Assembly: GCF_963529685.1 (NCBI RefSeq)
Contig: NZ_CAUSAI010000003.1
Location: 7,989 to 71,988, forward strand
Direction: 5' to 3'
DNA from: an uncultured Gemella sp.
Lineage (GTDB): Bacteria; Bacillota; Bacilli; Staphylococcales; Gemellaceae
Length of the DNA: 64,000 nt
Made by a program: the position numbers and the translations under genes. The notes under the pieces were generated by a model that saw nothing but the letters and a program-made list of their open reading frames with translations, ran no database searches and was not told the origin of the DNA. This document shows positions 20,183-29,304 of this stretch, one piece after another (position 1 is the stretch's first letter; every line of letters starts with the position of its first letter).

Positions 20183-22444
20183 ATGGGAATAAAGTATAAT
20201 TGGATTTATCCAAATTATGATGAGAATTTTATAAAAGAACTTGAGTCTTATAATATTTCTAAAAATATATCAAAAATCCTTAATGCTAGAAATATTACAG
20301 ATATGTCATCGGTAAAAAAATATTTTTCTGATGAATATGAAGAAGGTTACGATCCATTTTTAATGTTCGATATGCAGAAAGCTGTGGATAGAATTAATGA
20401 AGCTATTGAAAATGAGGAAAAAATTCTTGTTTATGGAGATTATGATGCCGATGGTATCACATCAACAGTTTTATTGGTTGAAACATTACTATCCCTAGGA
20501 GCAAATGTTTCTTCGTATATTCCGAATCGATTCGATGAAGGATATGGTCCTAATAAAGATGCATTTACTAAAATTATTGATTCTGGTATAAGTTTAATTA
20601 TAACTGTTGATAATGGCATTGCAGGAGTTGAAGAAGTTGATTTAGCGAACGACCTTGGCTGTGATGTTATTATAACAGATCACCATAAGATTCAAGATAC
20701 AATACCAAATGCATACGCTATTATTCATCCTGAGCATCCTGAGGGAAATTATCCTTTCAAAAAATTAGCTGGAGTGGGTGTCGCGTTTAAACTTGCTCAT
20801 GCATTGTTAGAAATTTTTCCAGATTTCCTGCTAGATTTAGTTGCTATTGGAACGATAGCTGATATGGTATCTCTTACTGATGAGAATAGAATATTTGTAA
20901 AACAAGGTTTAGAATTATTAAATGAAGATCCTCGTATTGGTCTTAAAATGCTTCTTGAATTATCTAGTATAGATACTAAAATAGATGAGCAAACAATAGG
21001 TTTTTATATAGCACCTAAATTAAATTCAATAGGTAGAATGGATAGTGCAAAATTAGGATTAGCTTTCTTAATGGCTGAGGATGCTACTAATGCTCGTAAT
21101 CTTGCTGAACAAATTGAAAAATTTAATATAGAACGCAAGCAAGTTACAGAAGAGATAGTTAAAGATGTAATAACTACTATTGAAAGCTCTGAAAAAAAAG
21201 ATAAGAATGTTATTATGATATCAGGAGATTACCACGAGGGAGTATTGGGGATTGTCGCTTCTAACATAGTTGAGAGATATCAAAAACCTGTATTAATAAT
21301 GAATTATAAAGACGGTATATTAAAAGGGTCAGCGCGTAGTATTTTCGACTTTAACATCTATACAGCGATGAATAAGATATCTGATTTATTTGTTGCATTT
21401 GGAGGACATACATTAGCTGCAGGGTTTTCTTTTGAAGAAAAAAACTTTGATAAAATCGAAGACTTTCTCCATAAGGAATATGAAGAATACAAACAAAATA
21501 ATGAATTAAAATCAACAAAAAATATAGATATCGTCACTTCTTTAGAAGAGATTAGTTATCAGTTTCTTAGTTCTTTAGAAGTATTAAAACCTTACGGTAT
21601 GGATTTTGAAAAACCTACTATTTTACTAGAGAATGCAATGGTTCTAAATAAAACTTATTTTGGTTCTGAGAAACAATACTTAAGATTAACAATTGCAGAT
21701 GAAGTAGGTAATTTAGAGTGTATTAGTTTTAAAGATAACAAGGCATTTGATAAAGTAGAAAAAAATGATATAATCGACTTATTATGTACTCTAGACAAAA
21801 ATAATTTCAATGGACGTACTAAACTACAAGCACATATAGTTGATATTGAAATAAAAGAATTCTTATTTGAAGATTTAAGATTTATAAACTATGATATTAG
21901 CAAAATAGATAGTAATTGTTTAAAACTTTCAAAAACAATCGATGATAATGCTAATAATTTCTATTTATACAAAAATATTGATAATATAGGTGAAAATTTT
22001 GATTATATTTATTTATTAGATATACCAAATAGTATGGACTATATAGAAAAAATAGTTGAATGCAAACCTAAAAAGATTTATTTAGTCTGTGAGGAAAAAC
22101 ATATACTTTCGGAAAAATATCAAATTGATAAAGATAGACTAATTAAGTTGTTTAATATTATTTTATCGACTACGAATAAACAAATTAACATTGCCCAACA
22201 ACTAGATAAGTTATTAGTAGCATTAAACACAAATGTTGATAGTCTAAAAATAATGATTCAAATTTTTCAAGAATTAAACTTAGTTAACTTTGAAAATAAT
22301 ACTATAATTTTAAATAAAAATTATAAAACTGTCGATCTAAAACAATCGGCAAGCTTTGTTAGAATGGAGAGTATATTTGAAACAGAAAAGATACTCTTAA
22401 AAGAGAGCATAGCTAACATTAATAAATTATTTAAAAATAAATAA
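20183..22444 (+). CDS. recJ: single-stranded-DNA-specific exonuclease RecJ
   Basis: DHH motifs (YGDYDADGITS, VDNGI, ITDHH) and a DHHA1 domain (GGHTLAAG). Confidence 0.9.
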   Translation: MGIKYNWIYPNYDENFIKELESYNISKNISKILNARNITDMSSVKKYFSDEYEEGYDPFLMFDMQKAVDRINEAIENEEKILVYGDYDADGITSTVLLVETLLSLGANVSSYIPNRFDEGYGPNKDAFTKIIDSGISLIITVDNGIAGVEEVDLANDLGCDVIITDHHKIQDTIPNAYAIIHPEHPEGNYPFKKLAGVGVAFKLAHALLEIFPDFLLDLVAIGTIADMVSLTDENRIFVKQGLELLNEDPRIGLKMLLELSSIDTKIDEQTIGFYIAPKLNSIGRMDSAKLGLAFLMAEDATNARNLAEQIEKFNIERKQVTEEIVKDVITTIESSEKKDKNVIMISGDYHEGVLGIVASNIVERYQKPVLIMNYKDGILKGSARSIFDFNIYTAMNKISDLFVAFGGHTLAAGFSFEEKNFDKIEDFLHKEYEEYKQNNELKSTKNIDIVTSLEEISYQFLSSLEVLKPYGMDFEKPTILLENAMVLNKTYFGSEKQYLRLTIADEVGNLECISFKDNKAFDKVEKNDIIDLLCTLDKNNFNGRTKLQAHIVDIEIKEFLFEDLRFINYDISKIDSNCLKLSKTIDDNANNFYLYKNIDNIGENFDYIYLLDIPNSMDYIEKIVECKPKKIYLVCEEKHILSEKYQIDKDRLIKLFNIILSTTNKQINIAQQLDKLLVALNTNVDSLKIMIQIFQELNLVNFENNTIILNKNYKTVDLKQSASFVRMESIFETEKILLKESIANINKLFKNK

Positions 22445-22462
22445 AATTTTAAGGAGAAATAA

Positions 22463-23080
22463 ATGAAAATATTATATTTTTGGGACGCATATTGCGGATG
22501 GTGTTATGGATTTAATAAATTGTTTACAGAATTTTATAAAAATCACACTGATGTAGAAATTGAGATAGTTTCGGGTGGACTGTTTATATCACAAAATAGT
22601 AAAAAAATTTCTGAATATACATTTAATAATAAAGAAATAGTAGATATGTATAAAGTTGAATTTGGAGAAGCATACAATAAGGTAGTAGAAGAAGGTGAAC
22701 TTGTTCTAAATTCTGTACAACCTGCAATAGCACTAAATACAGTTAAAGAATTACTTCCAAATTCAAAACTACTTGATTTTGCTTATGATATGCAAAAAAA
22801 ATTTTTTATTGAAGGAAAGAGTCTAAGTGAAGTTGGTACTTATCTAGAGTTATGTGAAAAATACAATTTAGATTATTCAGAACTTGCACTTAAACTTACA
22901 ATAGCATTTAAAGATACAAATCCAATACAACAAGACTTTTTAAAAACTCTAAATCTTGGTATAGAATCTTATCCTACTGCGGTTATCGAAAAAAATGGCG
23001 AATACTTTGATTTAGTAGGATATGCAACAGAAGCAGAAGATATAGAAATCCATTATAATTTAATAACTACAAGGCTCTAA
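22463..23080 (+). CDS. DsbA-like thioredoxin-fold protein
   Basis: N-terminal CGWC (CxxC) motif in YFWDAYCGWCYGF. 205 aa. Confidence 0.65.
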   Translation: MKILYFWDAYCGWCYGFNKLFTEFYKNHTDVEIEIVSGGLFISQNSKKISEYTFNNKEIVDMYKVEFGEAYNKVVEEGELVLNSVQPAIALNTVKELLPNSKLLDFAYDMQKKFFIEGKSLSEVGTYLELCEKYNLDYSELALKLTIAFKDTNPIQQDFLKTLNLGIESYPTAVIEKNGEYFDLVGYATEAEDIEIHYNLITTRL

Positions 23081-23129
23081 GACCATGCATTAATTAATTT
23101 TCATTGTGGCAAATTTATGAACAAAAATT

Positions 23130-23199
23130 TTAGAGAGAAATCCTATGAATTCAGCGTTTTTATAACTTTATTCGTGGATTTTCTCTCTAATTTTTTTTT
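23130..23199 (+). terminator. intrinsic terminator (long-loop hairpin plus T9)
   Basis: TTAGAGAGAAATCC (23130-23143) pairs with GGATTTTCTCTCTAA (23176-23190), then a T-run at 23191-23199. Confidence 0.6.
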
Positions 23200-23259
23200 A
23201 TTTTGATGATTTTACTTGTATATCCTTTTCTGTTGTAGTATAATATGTTTATAATTAAA

Positions 23260-23274
23260 CGATACTTATTATCA
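23260..23274. promoter_or_regulatory. candidate Fur box (7-1-7)
   Basis: CGATACTTATTATCA matches 12 of 14 defined positions of the consensus TGATAATnATTATCA. It lies between the putative -10 (TATAAT, 23239-23244) and the RBS of the NEAT-domain gene. Confidence 0.4.
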
Positions 23275-23299
23275 GTACTAAATTTATTGGAGGCATTCT

Positions 23300-26200
23300 A
23301 TGACAAAAAAATATAATAGCAAATTCATAGCTGGATTAGCAGTTCCTATCTGTTTAACAATAACTACTACGGGGATATCTAATCCTATATTAAATACAAA
23401 GTTAAATATCGCTTATGCTCAAGGTGAACAAAGTGAAGGTTTTAAAATCTATGAAGCTGAAATAGGAGGAAGTGGTTCTTTAGAATTTACTGTCGAAGGT
23501 AATGATATATTTAATAAATACTGGAAAAATGTTGATAAACTATTAATCGATGGAAAAGATTTTGGTTTTAATAGTGAGTCATCTGCTTCTAAAAATTATA
23601 CATTATATGGTAATACTGTATATATTAGTAATAAAGATATAGAAGCTCATTATAATAAACAAAAGAAACACAAAATTGAATTTATATTTAAAGATGGTTC
23701 AAAAGCAGCATATGAAGATGAAGGGTATGTAGATCCAACTGCTAAACCAAAGTTAATTAATGAAGGTTTAAAAATAACAGAACCACAATTAGATAATAAT
23801 TCACTAATATTCTTCTTAGAAGGATCTGATATTTATAAGAATTACTGGTCAAAAGTTTCTAAACTTACAGTAGATGGGAAAGATTTTGGTTTCGATAAAC
23901 AAAACACAAATAGTAAATTTTATAAACTTTATGATGGTCAAGTAACTGCAATAGATAAGGCTATAACAGATCATTATAAAAAACAAGACAAGCATAAAAT
24001 TGAATTTACATTTGAAGACGGTTCTAAAACAACATTTGAAGATACTGGGTATGTTGAACCAAGTACTGAGTCAAAAGAAAATGAAACTGATTCTAACAAA
24101 CCTGCTTCAAATGCTAAATATACTATAGTCAAATTAGAAAAAGGTGAAAATTGGCAACACAATAAACACTTAACATTAGAGTTATCTGACACTTCAGTTT
24201 ATGATAATTTTGTAGATGAAATAGCTAGTGTAAATCTAAACGGAACAACTGTAAACAAGGATGTTTTCAAGGATAAGGTAGAAACATCAAAATATCTTGG
24301 GATCAGAATTTTTAACGAAGATTTAGTGAATGCTTTAAAAGATGCAGACAATAAATTAGAGATTACACTTACTGATGGAACTATAATTTCTTATCCAACT
24401 TCAACTGATAAAAAAGAAGATTCAAAACCTACAGAACCAAAACCAGATACACCAGCTACTAGCGCATCATATGCTCAAAAAGATTTAGTTACTAAAGTAG
24501 AAAAGAATAGCTATGGGGATGAATTAAACATTACTCTTGCAGATGGATTTAAAGCAGAAGATGTTCTTAAAAATACTAAAGAAGTTATTATCAATGGAAA
24601 AACTTTCAACATATCACTGTTTAGTAAAAACTGGAAAGGTCAAATCGTTACTTTCGATGATGGTGGAGAAAGCCTTAAAGCATTTAAAGCATGGAACTTT
24701 GATGGAGAAAATACCATCGTATTTAAAGCAAATGACAATAGTGAAAGTAAAGCATATACAACTGGAAACAAGGTAGCTGAAGAAAAACCAACAGAAAATA
24801 AAACTTCTGAAAAACAAGGGGAAAAAACTTATTCGCTTACTGATAAATTAGAAGATGGTGAATACACTTTAGGATTTAACGCTTTATACGCTGATGGAAG
24901 ACAAGGAACTTCTATGTTAGAAGGATTCTTTGATAAAAATGTAAAATTAGTAGTTAAAGATGGAAAAATGAGTATAACTATGTTAAACACTTTATTTGCT
25001 CATGGATTATACGATTTTGCTATTCAGAATAAAGGAAACTGGGCATCTGGTGTCAAAGAGAACTTTGGTGAAAAGAACTCTGCAGGTCAATATGACAGAG
25101 CGTTATTTACTCTACCGGTAGAAGATTTAGATCAAATACATTTAGGTGGTGTTATAGTTTCTTATATGGGTTCTTTAGAAAGTGATAAAGGAAACTTCGA
25201 TAAATACACTAATGTTAAACTAAAATTCAAACCTGAAATTAAAAAAGGATGGAATGGATTTGAATTAATCGAAAAGGATAACAAGGCTCGTAAACAAAGT
25301 GAATCCCTTCTTCAGAAAAAATTAATCGCTAATGGTGTGGATACTAATAAAGATGGTGTTGTAACTGAAGATGAACTAAAAAACTTCACTGGAGATATTA
25401 ACCTTGGATCATTCGAAATTGATGGAAAAGTAGATAAAGGTGCAATTTATAATTTAGATTTATTAAAACATATGGGGGCTGGTGTTAAATCATTCTCATC
25501 TGACAGTAATAACTTTGGAGAAATTCCAGAAGACTTATTTAAAAATGCAGTTAATATTGAGCGTATAAATCTAGGTGGAAATGGAATTACTAAACTTCCT
25601 GAAAAATTATTTGCTAACAATAGTAAATTAAAAACTTTAAACTTATCAGCCAATAATTTAGGAAATGTACCTGAGAATATTTTCGAGAACAATCCTAATT
25701 TAGAATCTGTAGAATTTAGTCAATCTTGGCTATCTACTTTACCAGCTAATGTATTCGCTCATAATAATAAATTAAAAACAGTAAGTTTATCTAACAATAA
25801 AATAGTATCATTACCAGATGATTTATTTAAAAATAACCCTCAATTAACGTTCTTAGCTGTAACAGATAACGAACTTACAAAATTACCTTCAAGTGTTGCA
25901 AGTTTAGCAAATCTTACTCAACTTTATGCTGCTGACAATAGACTAACTGCATTACCTGAAAATGGTATTAATCTTACTAAATTAAGTACATTAGTTTTAA
26001 ATAATAACAATATCACAACTTTATCGGATGAATTATGGAAAACTCTAGCTAAAAATAAAGCAACTGTTAGATTGGTAAATAACCAAATTAGTAATATTCC
26101 GTTAGAATTAATAAAAGCTAATGGTAGTCTTCAAATTCTAGATATAGCAAATAATAATCTACCTGCTACTTTACCATTCAACGAAACGGATACAAAATTA

Positions 26201-27571
26201 TTAGGTATCTCTCCTAATGTCACTCAAGGATACTATCCACAAAAACAAGCTATTGAATTAAATGTTGTAGCAAAAGATAATAAGATTACAATTGAACCTA
26301 AAGATGAAAAATTAACTATTCTTAACTTGTTGCACTGGTACAGAGGACGATCAGAATTCTACGGTGGAGAAGGTATCTTACAAGGATTGGAAAAATATAA
26401 AGAATTCTTAGCAAAACAAAATAAAACTATGGCTGAACTTCTTAAGAGCGACGATTACGGACGAAATTGGTATATCGTAACAAAAGTTGAGCGTTTACGT
26501 GGAAACGAAGTTAAAGAACTGAGTTCTACAAGTGTTTCAAATGAAGATGATAAGAAATTAGAAATCTCAGATAATGACATGAAAGCTGGAGATAAATATC
26601 TTATCACTAAAGTTCTTTACGAAAAAAATGCAACTAATATAGATGATAAGATTATAGAGATTCATGCTGTAGTAGATGCTCAAATGAAAACAGAAGAACC
26701 TAAAGTTGAAGATAAAAAAGAAACTCCTAAACCAGTAGAGACTACTGATCCTAAAACATCTGAAAATAAATCAAAAGATGATAACAAAGTAGAAGAGCAT
26801 CCAGAAATTAAACTACCTGAAAATGACGAGAAAGGTAAGGTTAGTGATACAGAGTTTGACTTATTAAGAAAAGAGACTCTAACAAATATTGATAATGATA
26901 ATAAACTAAGTGGATTAGAAAAAGACCAATTGGTATCTATCGTTAAGAATGCTATTTCGACTGATACTCTTGTTGATACATTATCAGATGGAATCGAAGT
27001 TAAAGTTCAATTTGATAATTCTACTGTTAACGCCAAAAAATTCGTAGCTAAACAATCTGATGAAGCTACTTCACTAAAAGCTGAGCAATTAGTAAAACAA
27101 CTAGACGGAAATCGTAGCGTTGTTAAAACTATAGATCTACACTTCACTGATGCTGAAGATAACATAATTGATAAACAAGGCGGTACAAGAGCAGTTACTC
27201 TAACTGTTGTCGCAAACGAGAATGAAGAATTAGAAGTATACTATGTAAATGGAGATAAATTAGAGAAAGTTCCAAGTATTTACAAAGATGGAAAACTAAC
27301 ATTCTATACAAGTCACTTTAGTACATATACTATCGTGAAAAAATCAAATAACCAAACAGGAAATAATTCTAATGGAAAACTTACTATTAATGACCTAAGA
27401 GGAGATAATAGCGGAAATACAACAGCTAACGGAGGATCAGAAGTAGCTCCTAAACAAGGATTAACTGGATTACTACCTAAAACCGGATTAACAACAAGTA
27501 GTATACCAACAATTGCATTGTTAATGTTAGGTGCAGTAGTAGCAAGATTAAGATTTAGAAAAAATAAATAG
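23300..27571 (+). CDS. LPXTG-anchored surface protein, Shr/IlsA-like haemoprotein receptor candidate (4 N-terminal repeat domains, NEAT-like domain, EF-hand loop, leucine-rich repeats)
   Basis: Signal peptide, then two near-identical and two divergent domains of about 100 aa (..DGKDFGF..HKIEF.F.DGS..). NEAT-like segment YTLGFNALYADGRQGTSMLEGFFDKNVKLVVKDGKMSITM. EF-hand loop DTNKDGVVTEDE at 25340-25375. About 12 LRRs (L..L..N.L..LP...F) at roughly 25540-26200. LPKTG at 27473-27487, followed by a hydrophobic segment and RFRKNK. Confidence 0.8.
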   Translation: MTKKYNSKFIAGLAVPICLTITTTGISNPILNTKLNIAYAQGEQSEGFKIYEAEIGGSGSLEFTVEGNDIFNKYWKNVDKLLIDGKDFGFNSESSASKNYTLYGNTVYISNKDIEAHYNKQKKHKIEFIFKDGSKAAYEDEGYVDPTAKPKLINEGLKITEPQLDNNSLIFFLEGSDIYKNYWSKVSKLTVDGKDFGFDKQNTNSKFYKLYDGQVTAIDKAITDHYKKQDKHKIEFTFEDGSKTTFEDTGYVEPSTESKENETDSNKPASNAKYTIVKLEKGENWQHNKHLTLELSDTSVYDNFVDEIASVNLNGTTVNKDVFKDKVETSKYLGIRIFNEDLVNALKDADNKLEITLTDGTIISYPTSTDKKEDSKPTEPKPDTPATSASYAQKDLVTKVEKNSYGDELNITLADGFKAEDVLKNTKEVIINGKTFNISLFSKNWKGQIVTFDDGGESLKAFKAWNFDGENTIVFKANDNSESKAYTTGNKVAEEKPTENKTSEKQGEKTYSLTDKLEDGEYTLGFNALYADGRQGTSMLEGFFDKNVKLVVKDGKMSITMLNTLFAHGLYDFAIQNKGNWASGVKENFGEKNSAGQYDRALFTLPVEDLDQIHLGGVIVSYMGSLESDKGNFDKYTNVKLKFKPEIKKGWNGFELIEKDNKARKQSESLLQKKLIANGVDTNKDGVVTEDELKNFTGDINLGSFEIDGKVDKGAIYNLDLLKHMGAGVKSFSSDSNNFGEIPEDLFKNAVNIERINLGGNGITKLPEKLFANNSKLKTLNLSANNLGNVPENIFENNPNLESVEFSQSWLSTLPANVFAHNNKLKTVSLSNNKIVSLPDDLFKNNPQLTFLAVTDNELTKLPSSVASLANLTQLYAADNRLTALPENGINLTKLSTLVLNNNNITTLSDELWKTLAKNKATVRLVNNQISNIPLELIKANGSLQILDIANNNLPATLPFNETDTKLLGISPNVTQGYYPQKQAIELNVVAKDNKITIEPKDEKLTILNLLHWYRGRSEFYGGEGILQGLEKYKEFLAKQNKTMAELLKSDDYGRNWYIVTKVERLRGNEVKELSSTSVSNEDDKKLEISDNDMKAGDKYLITKVLYEKNATNIDDKIIEIHAVVDAQMKTEEPKVEDKKETPKPVETTDPKTSENKSKDDNKVEEHPEIKLPENDEKGKVSDTEFDLLRKETLTNIDNDNKLSGLEKDQLVSIVKNAISTDTLVDTLSDGIEVKVQFDNSTVNAKKFVAKQSDEATSLKAEQLVKQLDGNRSVVKTIDLHFTDAEDNIIDKQGGTRAVTLTVVANENEELEVYYVNGDKLEKVPSIYKDGKLTFYTSHFSTYTIVKKSNNQTGNNSNGKLTINDLRGDNSGNTTANGGSEVAPKQGLTGLLPKTGLTTSSIPTIALLMLGAVVARLRFRKNK

Positions 27572-27580
27572 TATATAATA

Positions 27581-27627
27581 AAAAAGATAGCGGTGATCAA
27601 TAAATAACATGATCCGCTATCTTTTTT
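27581..27627. terminator. bidirectional intrinsic terminator between convergent genes
   Basis: AAAAAGATAGCGGTGATC pairs with GATCCGCTATCTTTTTT, with A-runs and T-runs on the two sides. Confidence 0.7.
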
Positions 27628-27644
27628 AGCAATAACTATTAAAT

Positions 27645-28175
27645 TTATAATAAATAAAAAATATCATAGATAATATAGCCTGTAATAATAATCAAAAGAA
27701 TATTCATATATATTCGTAGTTTTTCTCTAAAAAATAGAGAAACGCTATTTATAATAATTACACCGATAATTGCTCCAACTGTATTATCAATTACATCAGT
27801 TATATCAGGAAACCCTATAGTTAAAACATACTGAGTAGTTTCGTAAAATAAACTTAGCATAAATGCTAAAATAATAGCTCTTAAGCCTGAAGAATTTGGA
27901 AATATCATTTTCACATAAAAACTAAAAGGAATAAAAAATAAAATGTTTAATATGACCTCTGTTATATCGAAATTCCCATTTTTATATGGAATTATATTTA
28001 TAGTTCTCCAAGTAATTCCAGGATGTAATAAAACACGTGGATTAGCCATCCAGCTAAAATTACTTTTATATAATAAAGAAATATCCATTTTAGCGATAAT
28101 TATCCATGATAAAATGAGTAAATATATCATAAATAGTATCATTGTCAATGTTCTGCTGTTTAATATTGTTTTCAA
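27645..28175 (-). CDS. VanZ-family membrane protein
   Basis: 176 aa with multiple TM segments in a VanZ-like layout. TTG start with AGGAGG upstream. Confidence 0.7.
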   Translation of the reverse strand: MKTILNSRTLTMILFMIYLLILSWIIIAKMDISLLYKSNFSWMANPRVLLHPGITWRTINIIPYKNGNFDITEVILNILFFIPFSFYVKMIFPNSSGLRAIILAFMLSLFYETTQYVLTIGFPDITDVIDNTVGAIIGVIIINSVSLFFREKLRIYMNILLIIITGYIIYDIFYLL

Positions 28176-28228
28176 AACATCCTCCTTTATTTATGTAGAA
28201 TAATATTATAGTAACAAAGCAGCTTAAA

Positions 28229-28600
28229 TTATAATTTAATAATTAACTTAACTTGTTCAGAAATAATTCCCGCTTCACTTTTTAAAAATAGATTAAAATT
28301 ATTAAAATCAAAGACGTTATTTTCATTGAACATCATTTCATAAAATTCAGGATAGAATGCTTTTCCTAAATTTGTATATAAAGATTTATTATATTTTTCA
28401 TATTTAATATTCGTGTCATTTTTTCTAACTATTAAAATTCGATATTTATTATAAACTTCACAATGACAAGCAGAGCTTCCATCACTATAAGGGCTGCTTC
28501 CATCAACATAATCAATTATAATGTTATATGAGTCTTGATTCATTCCATTTAGTTCATTTAAAACATAATTAATAGCTTCATTTGTAAAAGTAAATTTCAT
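28229..28600 (-). CDS. hypothetical protein (about 123 aa); weak resemblance to the small HesB/YneR-like family
   Basis: Start moved to ATG 28600 (MKFTFTNEAINYV), with AAGGAG 8 nt upstream. The ORF is open to 28645. Confidence 0.45.
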   Translation of the reverse strand: MKFTFTNEAINYVLNELNGMNQDSYNIIIDYVDGSSPYSDGSSACHCEVYNKYRILIVRKNDTNIKYEKYNKSLYTNLGKAFYPEFYEMMFNENNVFDFNNFNLFLKSEAGIISEQVKLIIKL

Positions 28601-28700
28601 TTCTATTACTCCTTTTTTGTTTATATAAGATATTCTATCACACATTCTTTAAAGTTAACAATATTACACTGTAAAAATAAAAGAATATTAGTGATAAAAA

Positions 28701-28729
28701 TTGCTAATTTTGGCATTTTATAGTATAAT
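28701..28729 (+). promoter_or_regulatory. sigma-A promoter for apt (TTGCTA-17-TATAAT)
   Basis: TTGCTA at 28701-28706 and TATAAT at 28724-28729, with a 17-nt spacer. Confidence 0.5.
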
Positions 28730-28768
28730 GATTGAGTTAAGAAAACATTTAGGAGAAAAGAAAAATAA

Positions 28769-29281
28769 ATGAATTTAGAAAAATACATTTCAATCGTAGA
28801 AAATTGGCCAAAAGAAGGAATCAGTTTTAAGGATATTACAACTTTAATGGTGGATGGCGAAGCATATAAATATGCTACTGATCAAATCGTTAACTATGCA
28901 AAAGAGAAAAAAGTTGATGTAGTAGTAGGACCAGAGGCTCGTGGTTTCATTATCGGATGCCCTGTATCTTATTCACTAGGAATTGGTTTTGTACCAGTTA
29001 GAAAACCTAATAAATTGCCTCGTGAAGTTATTTCTTACCAATATGATTTAGAATATGGTAGCAACACTCTAACAATGCACAAAGATGCGATTAAACCAGG
29101 TCAACGTGTTTTAATTACTGATGATTTATTAGCTACTGGCGGAACAATTGAAGCAACTATTAAATTAGTAGAAGAATTAGGAGGAATCGTAGTAGGTATT
29201 GCGTTCTTAATCGAGTTAGATGGTCTAAACGGAATAGACAAACTACAAGGTTATGATGTTCTTACATTACTTAAAATGTAA
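28769..29281 (+). CDS. apt: adenine phosphoribosyltransferase
   Basis: PRPP-binding motif [13 protein letters not shown]. 170 aa. Confidence 0.93.
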   Translation: MNLEKYISIVENWPKEGISFKDITTLMVDGEAYKYATDQIVNYAKEKKVDVVVGPEARGFIIGCPVSYSLGIGFVPVRKPNKLPREVISYQYDLEYGSNTLTMHKDAIKPGQRVLITDDLLATGGTIEATIKLVEELGGIVVGIAFLIELDGLNGIDKLQGYDVLTLLKM

Positions 29282-29304
29282 TCTACTATGAGTAATTAAA
29301 TAAT

